A DNA stretch of 63,326 bases, filler included, from Octopus bimaculoides (GCF_001194135.2; 2 parts of 2 records of this genome joined end to end with filler, not necessarily neighbours in it); one strand, 5' to 3'; shown: positions 37,885 through 49,477, counted from the whole stretch's first letter. Numbers and translations: made by a program. Notes: a model not told the origin generated them from the letters alone.

Positions 37885-38335
37885 ACCTTATTCATGTTGT
37901 AGGTTTTTACAAAATCAAAATATATCAGATCCACTTCTAGCTGATTCGTAAGTTGTTTCAACACCCCATCATGATGCTGCAGGAGCTGTGTAAAACAGTT
38001 TCTTTCTGAGCAGAAGCTATGCTGGATATCAAAAAGCAAGGCATTATCGTCTTGGAACATGCTCTGTTTTCTTTTGATAATTCATTCCATGACTTTGCTG
38101 ATATGCATGGTTTGTGAGTCAGGTCTACAATTTTTAGCATCTTCTCTGCTTCCTCCTTTATAAATCGGACACATTATGCCTTCCTTTAACTTTGTGGCAA
38201 GTCTACCACTTGCAAGGAAGCTTTGGGAAAGGATCTGCAGTAATCTTCATAGGGCCCTTTAGGCATTTCTTTAGAATTGAACACAGAATCATGTCATTGC
38301 AAGACACACCTGGAAGGTTGCTCATTTATTCATTC
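37885..38335 (-). mobile_element. CR1/L2-group LINE reverse transcriptase fragment, decayed
   Basis: KEGIMCPIYKGGSREDAKNCRP...ISKVME; QHSF...RNCFTQLLQHHD...VDLIYFDFVKTY (canonical QHGFR..RSCLTQLL...VDVIYLDF.KAFD). Confidence 0.85.
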
Positions 38336-38565
38336 GTTTTGTATGCTGCCTGTTTTTCCATGCTAGCGTGGCTTTGACAGGAAGTAATGAAGACATGTCT
38401 TTACAACTGGATACTCACCCTGTCACCAAGTCTCACCAGTTTTTAAAACAAGCGATTTGTTTTACTCCAATGGAATTTGAAAGTGCAGAGCCAGTGGATG
38501 ATTTGTTGACAAGAAATGTGAACACATGTCACCGTTTGTGGCTTTTGCTCAGTGTAGGGTGTAAA

Positions 38566-38654
<89 letters not shown>

Positions 38655-38661
<7 letters not shown>

Positions 38662-38805
38662 CTGTCTGCAAAATTTCCTCATGGGGCATTGGGTGTCCTG
38701 ATGCTTTAGTAAAAGACACTTGGCCAAGCTGCTACTCTCTGGGACTGAACCTAAATTCATATGGTTTTAAAAGCAGACTATTTTGCCATACAACCACATC
38801 TGTGT
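38655..38805 (-). mobile_element. SINE family A head
   Basis: tagtaaaagacacttggccaag...gggactgaacc. Confidence 0.7.
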
Positions 38806-38926
38806 GCACAAGCCAGGCCCACAAAATATAAATATTTAAGTCTATGATGTATTTCCATTTAATATCCATCTTTTCTTATTTTACACTCGCAAAACCTTCA
38901 TTCTCTTGACAAAGCAGTCCCCTCAC

Positions 38927-38990
38927 CTGTGTATGCATGTACATCATCATCCAATTTCTCAACATATCCCTATAAATTTCAAGTTCTCAC
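38927..38990 (-). other. Candidate 64-nt non-coding or UTR exon
   Basis: Acceptor ttttgttgtttctccattcctgttcatacag| and donor cag|gtgagg; stops in all frames. Confidence 0.3.
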
Positions 38991-39584
38991 CTGTATGAAC
39001 AGGAATGGAGAAACAACAAAATAACAATTGTGATGTTTTCTTAACATATATATTAATTTGTTTGGTTAATTAAAATATTAATTCATTGATATTAATTTAA
39101 TAAGGGGAAAAAGGGTAGGTGAGCACCATAAAATGAGAGGCTAGCTGCCTGGCATGATGTTTGTATAACTTTGTCTCATTTCACTGATTGTCATTTTATT
39201 TTTATTTTCTCCTTTATTTCAATTTATCTGTGTTGCTTAAATCTCTTTACAGAAAGGGCATGAATGCCTTGTAATCTCATTTCTTCATGCTGTCTACATC
39301 TGTATGTCTATGCGTGTATATCTCTGTCTATCTCTATATATTTATCTGTCTGTGGTCTTGTTTTGGTTATGTGTATGAAGTCTATAATGGTTCTGTACCA
39401 TTCCCGTTCTGAGAGATTTGCCATCCTTCATCATGTTGCCTGTGTTCTCTGCTTTTCTTTTTCTTATTTTACAAGCATTCTAAGGATTGTGTATGTGTTT
39501 GTATATGCTGCAGGTATATGTGGGTGCAGATACATATATATGTGCGTGACAGTGTGTGTGTGTGTGTGTCAGTGCGTGTGTTTG

Positions 39585-40140
39585 TATGGCTGAGTGGTTA
39601 AAAAGCTTGCTTTGCAGTCTTGTGGTTTTGGGTACAGTTCCATTATATGGCACCTTGGCCGAGTATCTTACACAATGGCCCCAGGCCAAACAATGCTATG
39701 TGAGTGAATTCTGCATGGAAGTTTGGTGTGTGTGTATGTGTGTGTGCATGAGTGGCTGAGTGACAGTGTGTGTGTTCTAGGTTCAGTCCCACTGTGTGGC
39801 ACCTTGGGCAAGTGTCTTCTGCTATAACCTTGGGCCAATCAAAGCCTTGTGAGTGGATTTGGTAAACAGAAACTGAAAGAAGCTTGTGTATATGTGTGTG
39901 TGTGTGTGTGTGTCCTTGTCTGTATTTGTCCCTCCCCATCACTGCTTGACAACCGGTGTTGGTGTGTATATGTCCATGTAACCTAGCAGTTCAGCAAAGG
40001 AGACCAATAGAATAAGTACTAGGCTTAAAACAAAAACAAAAACAAAACACTCTCGGTGGGGGTCGATTTGTTTGACTAAGACCCTTCAAGGTGGTGCTCC
40101 AGCATGGCCACAGTCAAACGACCGAAACAACTAAAAGAAT
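39585..40140 (+). mobile_element. SINE family A: extra head (39585-39720) plus full-length CpG-decayed copy
   Basis: Complete head-body-(TG)n-tail order. Confidence 0.85.
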
Positions 40141-40146
40141 ATATAT

Positions 40147-40210
<64 letters not shown>

Positions 40211-40409
40211 ATATTTCTTTTAGTTTCCATTTAGTAAATCTGAGACTTTAAAAATTCACTTGCAGCAGATACCACACGATGGAACTGAACCCCAAAACCA
40301 TATGGTTATGAGACAAACTTATCTACACAGCCACGCCTGCCCTTTCACCCCACTTACATATTACACGGTTTAATTTGAGTAAGTGAATCCTTAAATACCA
40401 CCCTGCTTG

Positions 40410-40593
40410 CGATCTAACTTCCTGTTTTAAAAAAGTGATCTAAGTTTAAAAACCTTCCATTGAAATTTTATGGTAATCTATTTTCCAAATACCAGTTTAA
40501 TAATGACGAAGTTTTTTTACTAAAATCTTTATTATTTTTCAAAATTACAAGAAACAAAGGCAGCCTATTTCTACAGAAATATGCTAACAGGGT
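40410..40593 (-). mobile_element. piggyBac-type MITE family (ttaacccttttgtt...), partial
   Basis: Reverse-complement similarity to 51697-51928. Confidence 0.65.
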
Positions 40594-40904
40594 TGTTTAT
40601 GGTATCATAGTGGTGAAATTTTATTCCATTTGGAATAAATGAATAAATGAGTCTTGTTTTCTGCATAAGTATTTATCTGGTTGCTTTAGAAAAAAATAAT
40701 AATAACAATGGCTATTATTGTTTTTTTAAGCTGCCTGTTGAATGGTGACAAAGAAGAGAAACTTTGTTTATGCCAAACTGGGGTAAAATTTCACAGGGCA
40801 TGAAACTTGAGTTGTTGCATCTGTATTGTTAATGTACTTTAATTAAAACTTTCTAAACTCCTATTTGAATTTGCATCCTAAAAACTATATGTATATCCTA
40901 TATA

Positions 40905-41240
40905 TCTTCTATCTTTTACTTGCTTCTATCATAAGACTGTGGTCATGCTGGGGCACCGCCTTGAAGGGTTTTAGCCAAATAAATTGACCCTCAGATGTAT
41001 TGGTTTTTGAAGCCTAGTGCTTGTTCTATCAGTCTCATTTGCTGAACTGCTGAGTTATGAGGATGTAAATACACCCCCACTGGTTGTCAAGCAGTGATCA
41101 CACACACACACACACGACGAACTTCTTTCAGTCTCTGCCCACCAAATCCACTCACGAGGCTTTGGTTAGCCCGAGGCTATAGTAGAAGACACCTGCCCAA
41201 GGTGCTATGCTGTGGGACTGAAACCGGGACCACGTGGTTG
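40905..41240 (-). mobile_element. SINE family A, near full length
   Basis: Tail, internal (CA)n and head in reverse order. Confidence 0.85.
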
Positions 41241-41349
41241 GGAATCAACCGTTGTATATATGATGAAGATAAATGAGTATATATATATGTGTGTGTGTTT
41301 GTGTGTATCATCTGACACAAGATCATCTCTTCCAACACCTCCTAAAAGC

Positions 41350-41384
<35 letters not shown>

Positions 41385-41386
<2 letters not shown>

Positions 41387-41560
41387 CTACACTCTCTGAG
41401 TGGTTGGCGTTAGGAAGGGCATCCAGCTGTAGAAACTCTGCCAAATTTAGATTGGAGCCTGCTGTTGCCATCCGGTTTCACCAGTCCTCAATCAAATCGT
41501 CCAACCCATGCTAGCATGGAAAGCGGACGTTAAACGATGATGATGATGATGATGATGATA
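41385..41560 (+). mobile_element. Retroposon family E 3' end with (GAT)n tail
   Basis: Near-identical to the reverse complement of 35084-35200. Confidence 0.85.
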
Positions 41561-41754
41561 TATATATATAATAATATTAGGGACAAAATCCCAAATTACA
41601 GGTAAAAACTGTAATTTGTAATAAATTAAAATTAAATTGAGCTTTACAGATTAAAATATATATAAATATATGGTTTTAGGGAAAAGAACCAAGTTTCATG
41701 AACTCATCGATGGTTCTTTTCCCTAAAAGTATATATTTATATATATATATATAT

Positions 41755-41803
<49 letters not shown>

Positions 41804-42286
41804 TACATACATATATACACACACATGATGAGCTTTTAGTTTCCATCAACCAAATTCACTCACAAGGCTTTAGTAGAACTCACTTACCCAAGGTGCCATA
41901 CAGTGGAACTGAACTTGGATTTTCTTGTCTTCTGCAGTTTCTTGTTGAATAACCTGCACAGATGATTTGCTTATAGTCATCTAATGTTGCTGCTCTACAT
42001 TATCTCTCTTCTGCCATCAGTCTGATGCTGCCTTTTCTGGGGCACAACGTGCCTGTGTGTCAGATATTGAAGTGACCTCGGAAAAACTCAAAGTGATTTG
42101 CTCAAGAACACAATGCACTACTAGGTTAGGAATTGAACCCATGGTCTCAGGATTATGACTGGAACACCTTAGCCACTAGACTGTAGTTTTTCACAGACAC
42201 ACACATTTCCAAGCCATGCAGCAGGCAATACTTATCCAACCCCTGCAGATATTGAAAAGTGGATGTAAAACCTCAAAAATATATAC

Positions 42287-42354
<68 letters not shown>

Positions 42355-42370
42355 NNNNNNNNNNATATAC

Positions 42371-42409
<39 letters not shown>

Positions 42410-42524
42410 ACGTCCTGTACCCTGATATGCATATATATACACATGTAGATGTAAGTATGTACATATATGTGTGTATACATGTATATATATTCTTTGTATT
42501 ATTATATATATATATATGTATTTG

Positions 42525-42717
42525 TGTGTCTGTGTTTATCCCTCCCCGCACACATGCTTGACAACCGATGTTGGTGTGTTCATGTCCCTGTAACTTAGTG
42601 GCTCGGCAAAAGAGAATAAGTACTAGGCTTACAAAGAATGAGTCTTGGAGTCGATTTGGTCGACTAAAGGCGGTGCTCCAGCATGGCCAAAATCACTTGA
42701 CTGAAGCAAGTAAAAGA

Positions 42718-42720
<3 letters not shown>
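42525..42720 (+). mobile_element. SINE family A 3' half
   Basis: gcttgacaaccgatgttggtgtg...ggcggtgctccagcatggcc. Confidence 0.8.
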
Positions 42721-42754
<34 letters not shown>

Positions 42755-42942
42755 ATATTTATGTCTGTGAGTGTGTTTTTTAATATGTTTTTCTAATTCT
42801 CTTTAATTCCTTTTCATATTGGACACATTAACTTCTGTGTGTATGTGTGTGTGTATGTATATGTGGTGTTGCGTGCGTGTGTCGGTGTTTGTGTGGTATG
42901 TATATAAGGGGTGTGCAGTGTGTATATGTGGAATGTGTCTTG

Positions 42943-42974
<32 letters not shown>

Positions 42975-43219
42975 CTATGTGATAATACCAACCAGTTCCT
43001 CCACCCACTTGCCCGCGTCCACCCGTACTTCCTTCCCTCCTCACCCCCACTCTCTCTGTTGTTTCTGTAAATGTCTGTGTGGTTTTCTAATTCACGCCCC
43101 CCCTCACTCTCACAACATGTATGTGCACACACACACACACACACATGCATAGGTATATACATATACACACACACATAAGCATATGCAAACAAATATATAT
43201 TATATATACATATACATAC

Positions 43220-43252
<33 letters not shown>

Positions 43253-43627
43253 NNNNNNNNNNNNNNNNNNNNNNNNNNNNNNNNNNNNNNNNNNNNNNNN
43301 NNNNNNNNNNNNNNNNNNNNNNNNNNNNNNNNNNNNNNNNNNNNACGTTCAACAATACACACACACACACGAATGTAATGTGTCTTTGTGATTGTATATA
43401 TGTGTATTCATATGTATATATGTGTGTGTGTGTGTGTGTTACATCTCTCCTGTTTACTCATTCTTACCATTGTTGACATTTACCAAAATTGGTCACCACC
43501 ATTCCTAGCAGCGTTACCGGCACCACTCCTTCTGCCATCTCACCACCACCACCACCACGACTACCACCGCTATTAGGATGCCACCACCATTACCACCACT
43601 GTTACCATTATACTCGCACTTCGTCAT

Positions 43628-43670
<43 letters not shown>

Positions 43671-43694
43671 TACACACACACACATACAAACAAG

Positions 43695-43915
43695 GAGCTA
43701 CTTTCAGTTTCTGTTTACCAAATCCACTGACAAGGTTTGGGGGCTATAGTAGAATACACTTACCCAAGGTGCCGTGCCGAGGGACTGAACCCAGAACCAT
43801 GTGGTTGGGAAGCAAGCTTCTTTCCACACAGCCATGCCTGCACCATTTGACTAAATTTCTTCACGGCGGTGTCCCAGCATGGTTGTAGTCTAAGGACTCA
43901 GACAAGAAAAAGATA
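43695..43915 (-). mobile_element. SINE family A head with an adjacent tail fragment
   Basis: Family motifs. Confidence 0.75.
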
Positions 43916-45187
43916 AAAACAAAACTGGGTATCTACTTTAACACCAGTCCACATTAGACCACCATGTCTGCTCCCTGGGTGGCACTGGATTTTGGTCATC
44001 TAGAGTTTTGTGTGTGAAATCTAGTAGATGGTAAATGGTGATACCACTCTTGCTTTTGAGTGGTCTTTGTTAAAAGTACTTAACAAAGCACTTCTGTGCC
44101 TTTAATAGAATTCCAGTCTGTGGACAAATTCTTCACAATGGTCTTGAGAAGTCCCTAAGACACCATTTCTGTTTTTTGGGTAGTCTCTGTTAAAGGTACT
44201 CAACATGGCACCGATGTTGCAGGCCCAAAGGCACTATTTTTGTATTTTGAATGATGGTTTATGTTTAAGAACCCCAACATGGCACTTGTGTATAGAGTTC
44301 CAGTCTGTAGCCGATTTCTTCCTGCAATTCTTGGAGGCATTAGAAAAATAAAAGTTCATATGTAGCATTTTCCTTCCTCTTTTTAGCTAAGCCATAAAAA
44401 TAAAATAAAATAAAAAAAAAAATCAGACCGCTTTTCCTTCAATGGGGGCCCCCACATCCAGCCGACAGTAGCTTCCTCTGTTAGATAAAAATATTAAAAC
44501 CCCCCCCAAAAAATTCCAACTAAATGCAACAGTAGTTAAACCTCCCTCAACAAGTCCCTTCTTATCTTCATTAATAGTGACACCACAAGATCCCAACAAT
44601 GGAATCTCTGTTGAACAAATAAACCATCTCAATGAAACAGCCAGTAGGGTGGTGAAGGGGTGGACTGTGTTTTGGATTTAAAGAACTTCTTGACCTTATC
44701 TTTAATCCACATGGTACCACCCTGTCTTTGGCAGTGGTATCTTTGGTATAAAAACCCACCCTACTTTTGTAGTTTTATGTGAGAACTCTCTTCTGCTCCA
44801 TAAACAACTTACATTCTACAGAATGCTCGTTTAATGCACCAATTAAGAAATATGTCTTTTAATTAGCGTTAATTACTCTTTGGATGGTGCAGCAAAAGAA
44901 GATGATAGCAGAAGTACCAGGCTTTTACTGGGGGTGAATCAGTCGACTAAAACCCTTCAAAGCAGTGTTCCAGTCCGAAGAGATGCATTCATGTATTCTT
45001 TTACTCTTTTGTTTGTTTCTGTCATTTGACTGCGGCCATGCTGGAGCACTACCTTTAGTTGAGCAAATCGCCGCCCTGAATGTACTTATGATAAATAATA
45101 GACGTCATTGTTCATAGGTCTGCTTTGTCAGGGGCCAACCTTGGGCTAAACCACCACCACCACCACCACTACTACGCTCTTATTGGT

Positions 45188-45530
45188 TCATTAACAGATG
45201 GCGCTGGCAGTAACACTATCTTTCTGTCTGTTGTAGGACTGCCAGAGTAAGAGAGCCAGCAGCAGTAACTCTATCCTTTTCCTGTTGCTGTGCTTGACTG
45301 ACAGGGGTCGCCACTGGTTTAAACCTTGCCTCTCCTTCTCAGTCTTGACAGCTGGGTGTTGAAAGCAGCACTTTCATCTCTTTAGTCACTCACAGAGGGC
45401 GCTTACTGACAACTCACAACTCAACTTCCCTCCAATTTTTTTTTCTTTTTTTCCCCCATTTTTTTTTTATGTTACTAACTGGGTGTTAACAGCATTGTCT
45501 CTCCTTCTTCTCCAACAGAGGGCGCTACCA
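45188..45530 (+). promoter_or_regulatory. Cluster of four co-oriented CTCF-like motifs (candidate insulator or boundary element)
   Basis: ttaacagatggcgc (45191), ctgacaggggtcgc (45298), ctcacagagggcgc (45389), ccaacagagggcgc (45512), compared with the bilaterian CTCF core CCASYAGRKGGCRS. Confidence 0.55.
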
Positions 45531-45689
45531 GCAACACTTTCTCTTTATTCCTTGACACAAGGAGATTATAGTTGAACTCTCAAATAATGGCATGTGTATT
45601 GTATTGTAACCTTAACAGCCATCTCTAAATTAACACAATGTGTGTGTTTTGTTTGTGTGTGTGTGTGTGCATGTGTGTTTAATTCAATG

Positions 45690-45905
45690 TATGTTTTATC
45701 TTGTACTTGTCTCAGTCATTAGACTGCGGCCATGCTGGGGCACAGCCTTGAATTTTTAGTTGAATGAATCGATGCCAGTACTTATTTTTTAACCCCCCCC
45801 CAGTACTTATTCTATCAGTCTCTCTTTTGCTGAACTGCTAAGTTACAGGGATGCAAACCCACCAACACCTATTGTCAAGCAGTGCTGGGGAATAAACACA
45901 GACAC
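45690..45905 (-). mobile_element. SINE family A 3' half
   Basis: ctgcggccatgctggggcac...ttgtcaagcagtg. Confidence 0.8.
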
Positions 45906-46049
45906 AAAGATACACATGTAGATACACACACACATGCATATATATTAAAAATGAGGAAGGAAGGTCAGTTTATAGGATTACCTTAGGTTTCCTGTCCATA
46001 AAGGGTTTAGCTCCTGAACAGAACAGCAGTTCGTTGCAGAGTTACACCC

Positions 46050-46185
46050 TTGTACACCATGGAGCCACATGAAATGAAACATTTTGTGCAAGAACACAGC
46101 ACACTGCCTGCTCTGGGAACTGAAACCATGAGCTGGCAATCACGAGTGCAGCACCACTAACCGCTAGGCCATGTGCTTTCACCTT
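46050..46185 (-). mobile_element. SINE family C head, diverged
   Basis: caagaacacagcac...ctgggaactgaaacc...ccgctaggcc. Confidence 0.6.
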
Positions 46186-46959
46186 TTCCCCCACCAAATG
46201 ACACCACATTTACTTTGAATAATGCCCCATATTTTGTATGAAAAGTTGATACAAAACTTTGATAATTAAAACCTCCATGAGAGATGACATTGCAAGAATC
46301 ATTGTACTTTTCCAAACGATGTTACATGTTCTAGATTGTTATTAGTAAAGTAAGACGATTAAACAGGTCGTTATACTGAACGCATTTATTAACTAAATAA
46401 ATTGCAATATATGGTTAATCACTGCAAAATACATTACATTATCAAAGAAATCATTATAGCAAATTAAATGATAATGGAAAAAGAAAGTCGTCAAAGTACG
46501 TTTAAGGTCAAGTGCAATTATGAAAGTATTAATTAAAAAAAATAAATAAAAGATTATTAATTACAACTTTAATGAAATAAAATTTAATATCAATTTAAAA
46601 GCCATCAAAGCCAAATTCTTCAATGTCACTGATGCCAAAAATGGTCCTCTTGTTCTTGTTGCATCAATTTTTTGTTTTTTGTCTGCCATTCTTGAATGCT
46701 TCCCTCTGTTTTTGTCTTCTTGTTCTTAGTCGTCTTGGCCATTATTAGTCTGCAAACGGTCATCTTTGATGCCCTTCACGTCACTTGATATTCCTGTCAT
46801 CACAAGAAACGTCATCACTATCACGGTTGTTATTGCCACCACCACCATCATCATTTTAGAGTGGGTCAGACAATGTGTTGAGGCAGGTTTCCTATGACAG
46901 ACCTCATCACAATCACCACAACCACTACCATCATCATCATTGTTGCCATCATCATCGTC

Positions 46960-47170
46960 ATCATCATAGTGTCTGCTTTTCCATTTTTGTACGGGGTCAG
47001 TCAGAATCGTTGATGCAGATTTTGCTGTGGCCAGATGCCCTTCCTGTCACCAATTTTCACTCCTTTCCAAGCAATTTAGAAAAATCTCCGTGACTGGACA
47101 TGTTTTCTTGGAAGACTGGAAATGAATGATGCCATTCAAATTATGGTGACACTCGTTTACAGCCATCACG
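46960..47170 (-). mobile_element. Retroposon family E 3' region
   Basis: gatgcccttcctgtcaccaa...gacactcgtttacagc. Confidence 0.7.
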
Positions 47171-47218
47171 CAATGTTAAGACAAAGACAGAGAGAGAGTT
47201 ACTTTGTCTGTCTGTCTG

Positions 47219-47255
<37 letters not shown>

Positions 47256-47409
47256 TATTTAGGGCAAGCAGGTGTGAGAAAGGTAAACTCATTATAGATA
47301 ATAAAGAATAGTGCCCAAATGGACATGAACTTAGGGTCAGCGCCTCTGCATCGAAAGTGGCTGTAAGTGTAACCCTAACATAAATGATATATATATATAT
47401 ATATATATA

Positions 47410-47757
47410 TATAGATAGCTTTATAATCATAAATATACAGGGATTAGCATTGAGTTGCTTCTCCAACATACTGAAAATTTAGAAATAGCAGTCAAAGAAC
47501 TACTGATTCTAAACTAAATATCGCCATCCATTTAGAGAAAAATTTGTAGTTTAGAATCAGTAGTTCTTTGACTGCTATTTCTAAATTTTCAGTATATTGG
47601 AGAAGCAACTCAATGCTAATCCCTGTATATTTATGATGATAAATGGTTTTACCGATAAAGGTTTTTTCATACTGAACTACTTGGCAAAATTGTTAATTAT
47701 TAATTCTATTATTAATTGACGATTCCCTGCCCTTATTCTTGTATAGATAGCTTTATA
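47410..47757. mobile_element. Foldback insertion: 96-bp inverted arms, 30-nt loop, 99-bp tail, 16-bp flanking direct repeat
   Basis: Arms 47421-47516 and 47547-47642 (2 mismatches); tatagatagctttata at 47410-47425 and 47742-47757. Confidence 0.75.
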
Positions 47758-47860
47758 GATAGCTTTATACGGTCAATTATACACTGATGTAACAACTATG
47801 AAGCTTGAAACACGTGTACCGCAGAATCCTTTGTGTTTTGTTTTTATTTTTACATTTACA

Positions 47861-47898
<38 letters not shown>

Positions 47899-47904
47899 TT
47901 GGAA

Positions 47905-48070
47905 TTTAGAAAAGAAAACAAGACAAAAGACGAAGACAGGTGTGGAAATAACAAACAGATGTATTAGTTTAACGCTCGGGAAGTGAGAAAGTCTTTTATG
48001 TTTCGAGCCTATGCTCTTCGACAGAAAGGAACACAGAAATAAACAGGAAGAGAAAATAAAAAAGAATATA
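47905..48070 (-). mobile_element. Penelope-like terminal segment with hammerhead motif
   Basis: Minus strand ctttCTGTCGAagagcataggctcGAAACATAaaag...ttcccgagcgtt. Confidence 0.6.
47993..48028 (-). ncRNA. Minimal type I hammerhead ribozyme motif (A6U variant core, probable G-to-A decay at the cleavage triplet)
   Basis: Perfect stem I (cttt/aaag) and stem II (gagc/gctc) around CTGTCGA-A and GAAAC. Confidence 0.6.
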
Positions 48071-48104
48071 TATATATATCTGTATGTATGTGGGTCTGTC
48101 TGTC

Positions 48105-48325
48105 TGTGTGTGTCTTTGTGTCTGCCTGGCAACCTGTGCTGGTTTGTTCATGTTACCGTAACTTAGCTGTTCAACAAAAAAGACTGATAGAATAAATACC
48201 AGGCTTGGAAAAAAAAACAAATTTTTTTTTTCAAGTACTGGGGTTGTTTCATGCTGCTCAAAATTCTTCAGGGTGGTACCCCAGTATGGCCAGAGTCCCA
48301 GTGACTGCAGCAAGCAAAAGATGAA
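48105..48325 (+). mobile_element. SINE family A 3' half
   Basis: Family motifs, CpG-decayed. Confidence 0.75.
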
Positions 48326-48369
48326 AGATACATATGTACATATGCTCTCTCTGTCTCTGTCTCTCTCTT

Positions 48370-48409
<40 letters not shown>

Positions 48410-48583
48410 CTATATATCTATGTATGTATGTCAGTGTGTGTTGTGTTGTGTGTTTTGCAGCCTTTCACATTTGACCTATCACAAGACCCACAAGTCTCTC
48501 ATTACAGGCAATCAGCCGACTTCCTGCATTTAATGAGCTGTCCATTTTCTAGTTGAGGCCTTTGAGTCTGTGACTGACTGAAT

Positions 48584-48625
<42 letters not shown>

Positions 48626-48680
48626 ATATATCTATGTATGTGTATTTGTGTGTGTGCATATATATGTATGAATTTATGTG

Positions 48681-48711
<31 letters not shown>

Positions 48712-48772
48712 GTGAGTATGTATATGATGTATGTGTAATGTGTGGATGTTTATGTGTTTGTGTGTATATATG

Positions 48773-48808
<36 letters not shown>

Positions 48809-49411
48809 GTGTGTGTGTGTGTTTATGTATGTGTATAGATGCATGTGTAGATATATGTGTGTATTTGTATATGTGTATGTATATATATCTTATATGCATG
48901 CACAATCATGTGTGTATGTATGTGTGTTATTTATATATGCCATGCCTGAGTGTGTATTTGTGTGTGAAAATATGTGTATATATGGATGTGAGTGGCTGTT
49001 TGAGTGCATGGGAACGCGTGGATAAAAATATACGCAACGTGTAGGAGTCAATGAAAACCTCCATCTATACAACACACCCGCATACTCATACATAAACCCC
49101 TAGGGTGTGTGCGTGTGTGGATATTGTGTGTGTGTGCATATGTATATGTGTGCACGTGTGTGTGTGTGTGTGTATATGTGATATTTCTCTGTGGTCGCTC
49201 TTCCACCCATCTACCTGTCTCTCATTCTCTCATTAATCTTTTTCCTGTCACCTCTCTCCCCACCCCGTCTCTCCCATCTAATTGTCCCCTGATAATTCTG
49301 TGAATGGGATTTCTACCTTCCGAATTTAACGGAATCTATTTCATAGGGAGGGTCAGTCAGTAGGGGACAGTTGCTGACATTTTGAATTCCTTCAATATAC
49401 ATACATACATG

Positions 49412-49476
<65 letters not shown>

Positions 49477-49477
49477 G

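Noticed and set aside
40728-40783. CLLNGDKEEKLCLCQTG as an EGF-like exon
   Set aside because: Incomplete cysteine pattern and weak splice signals
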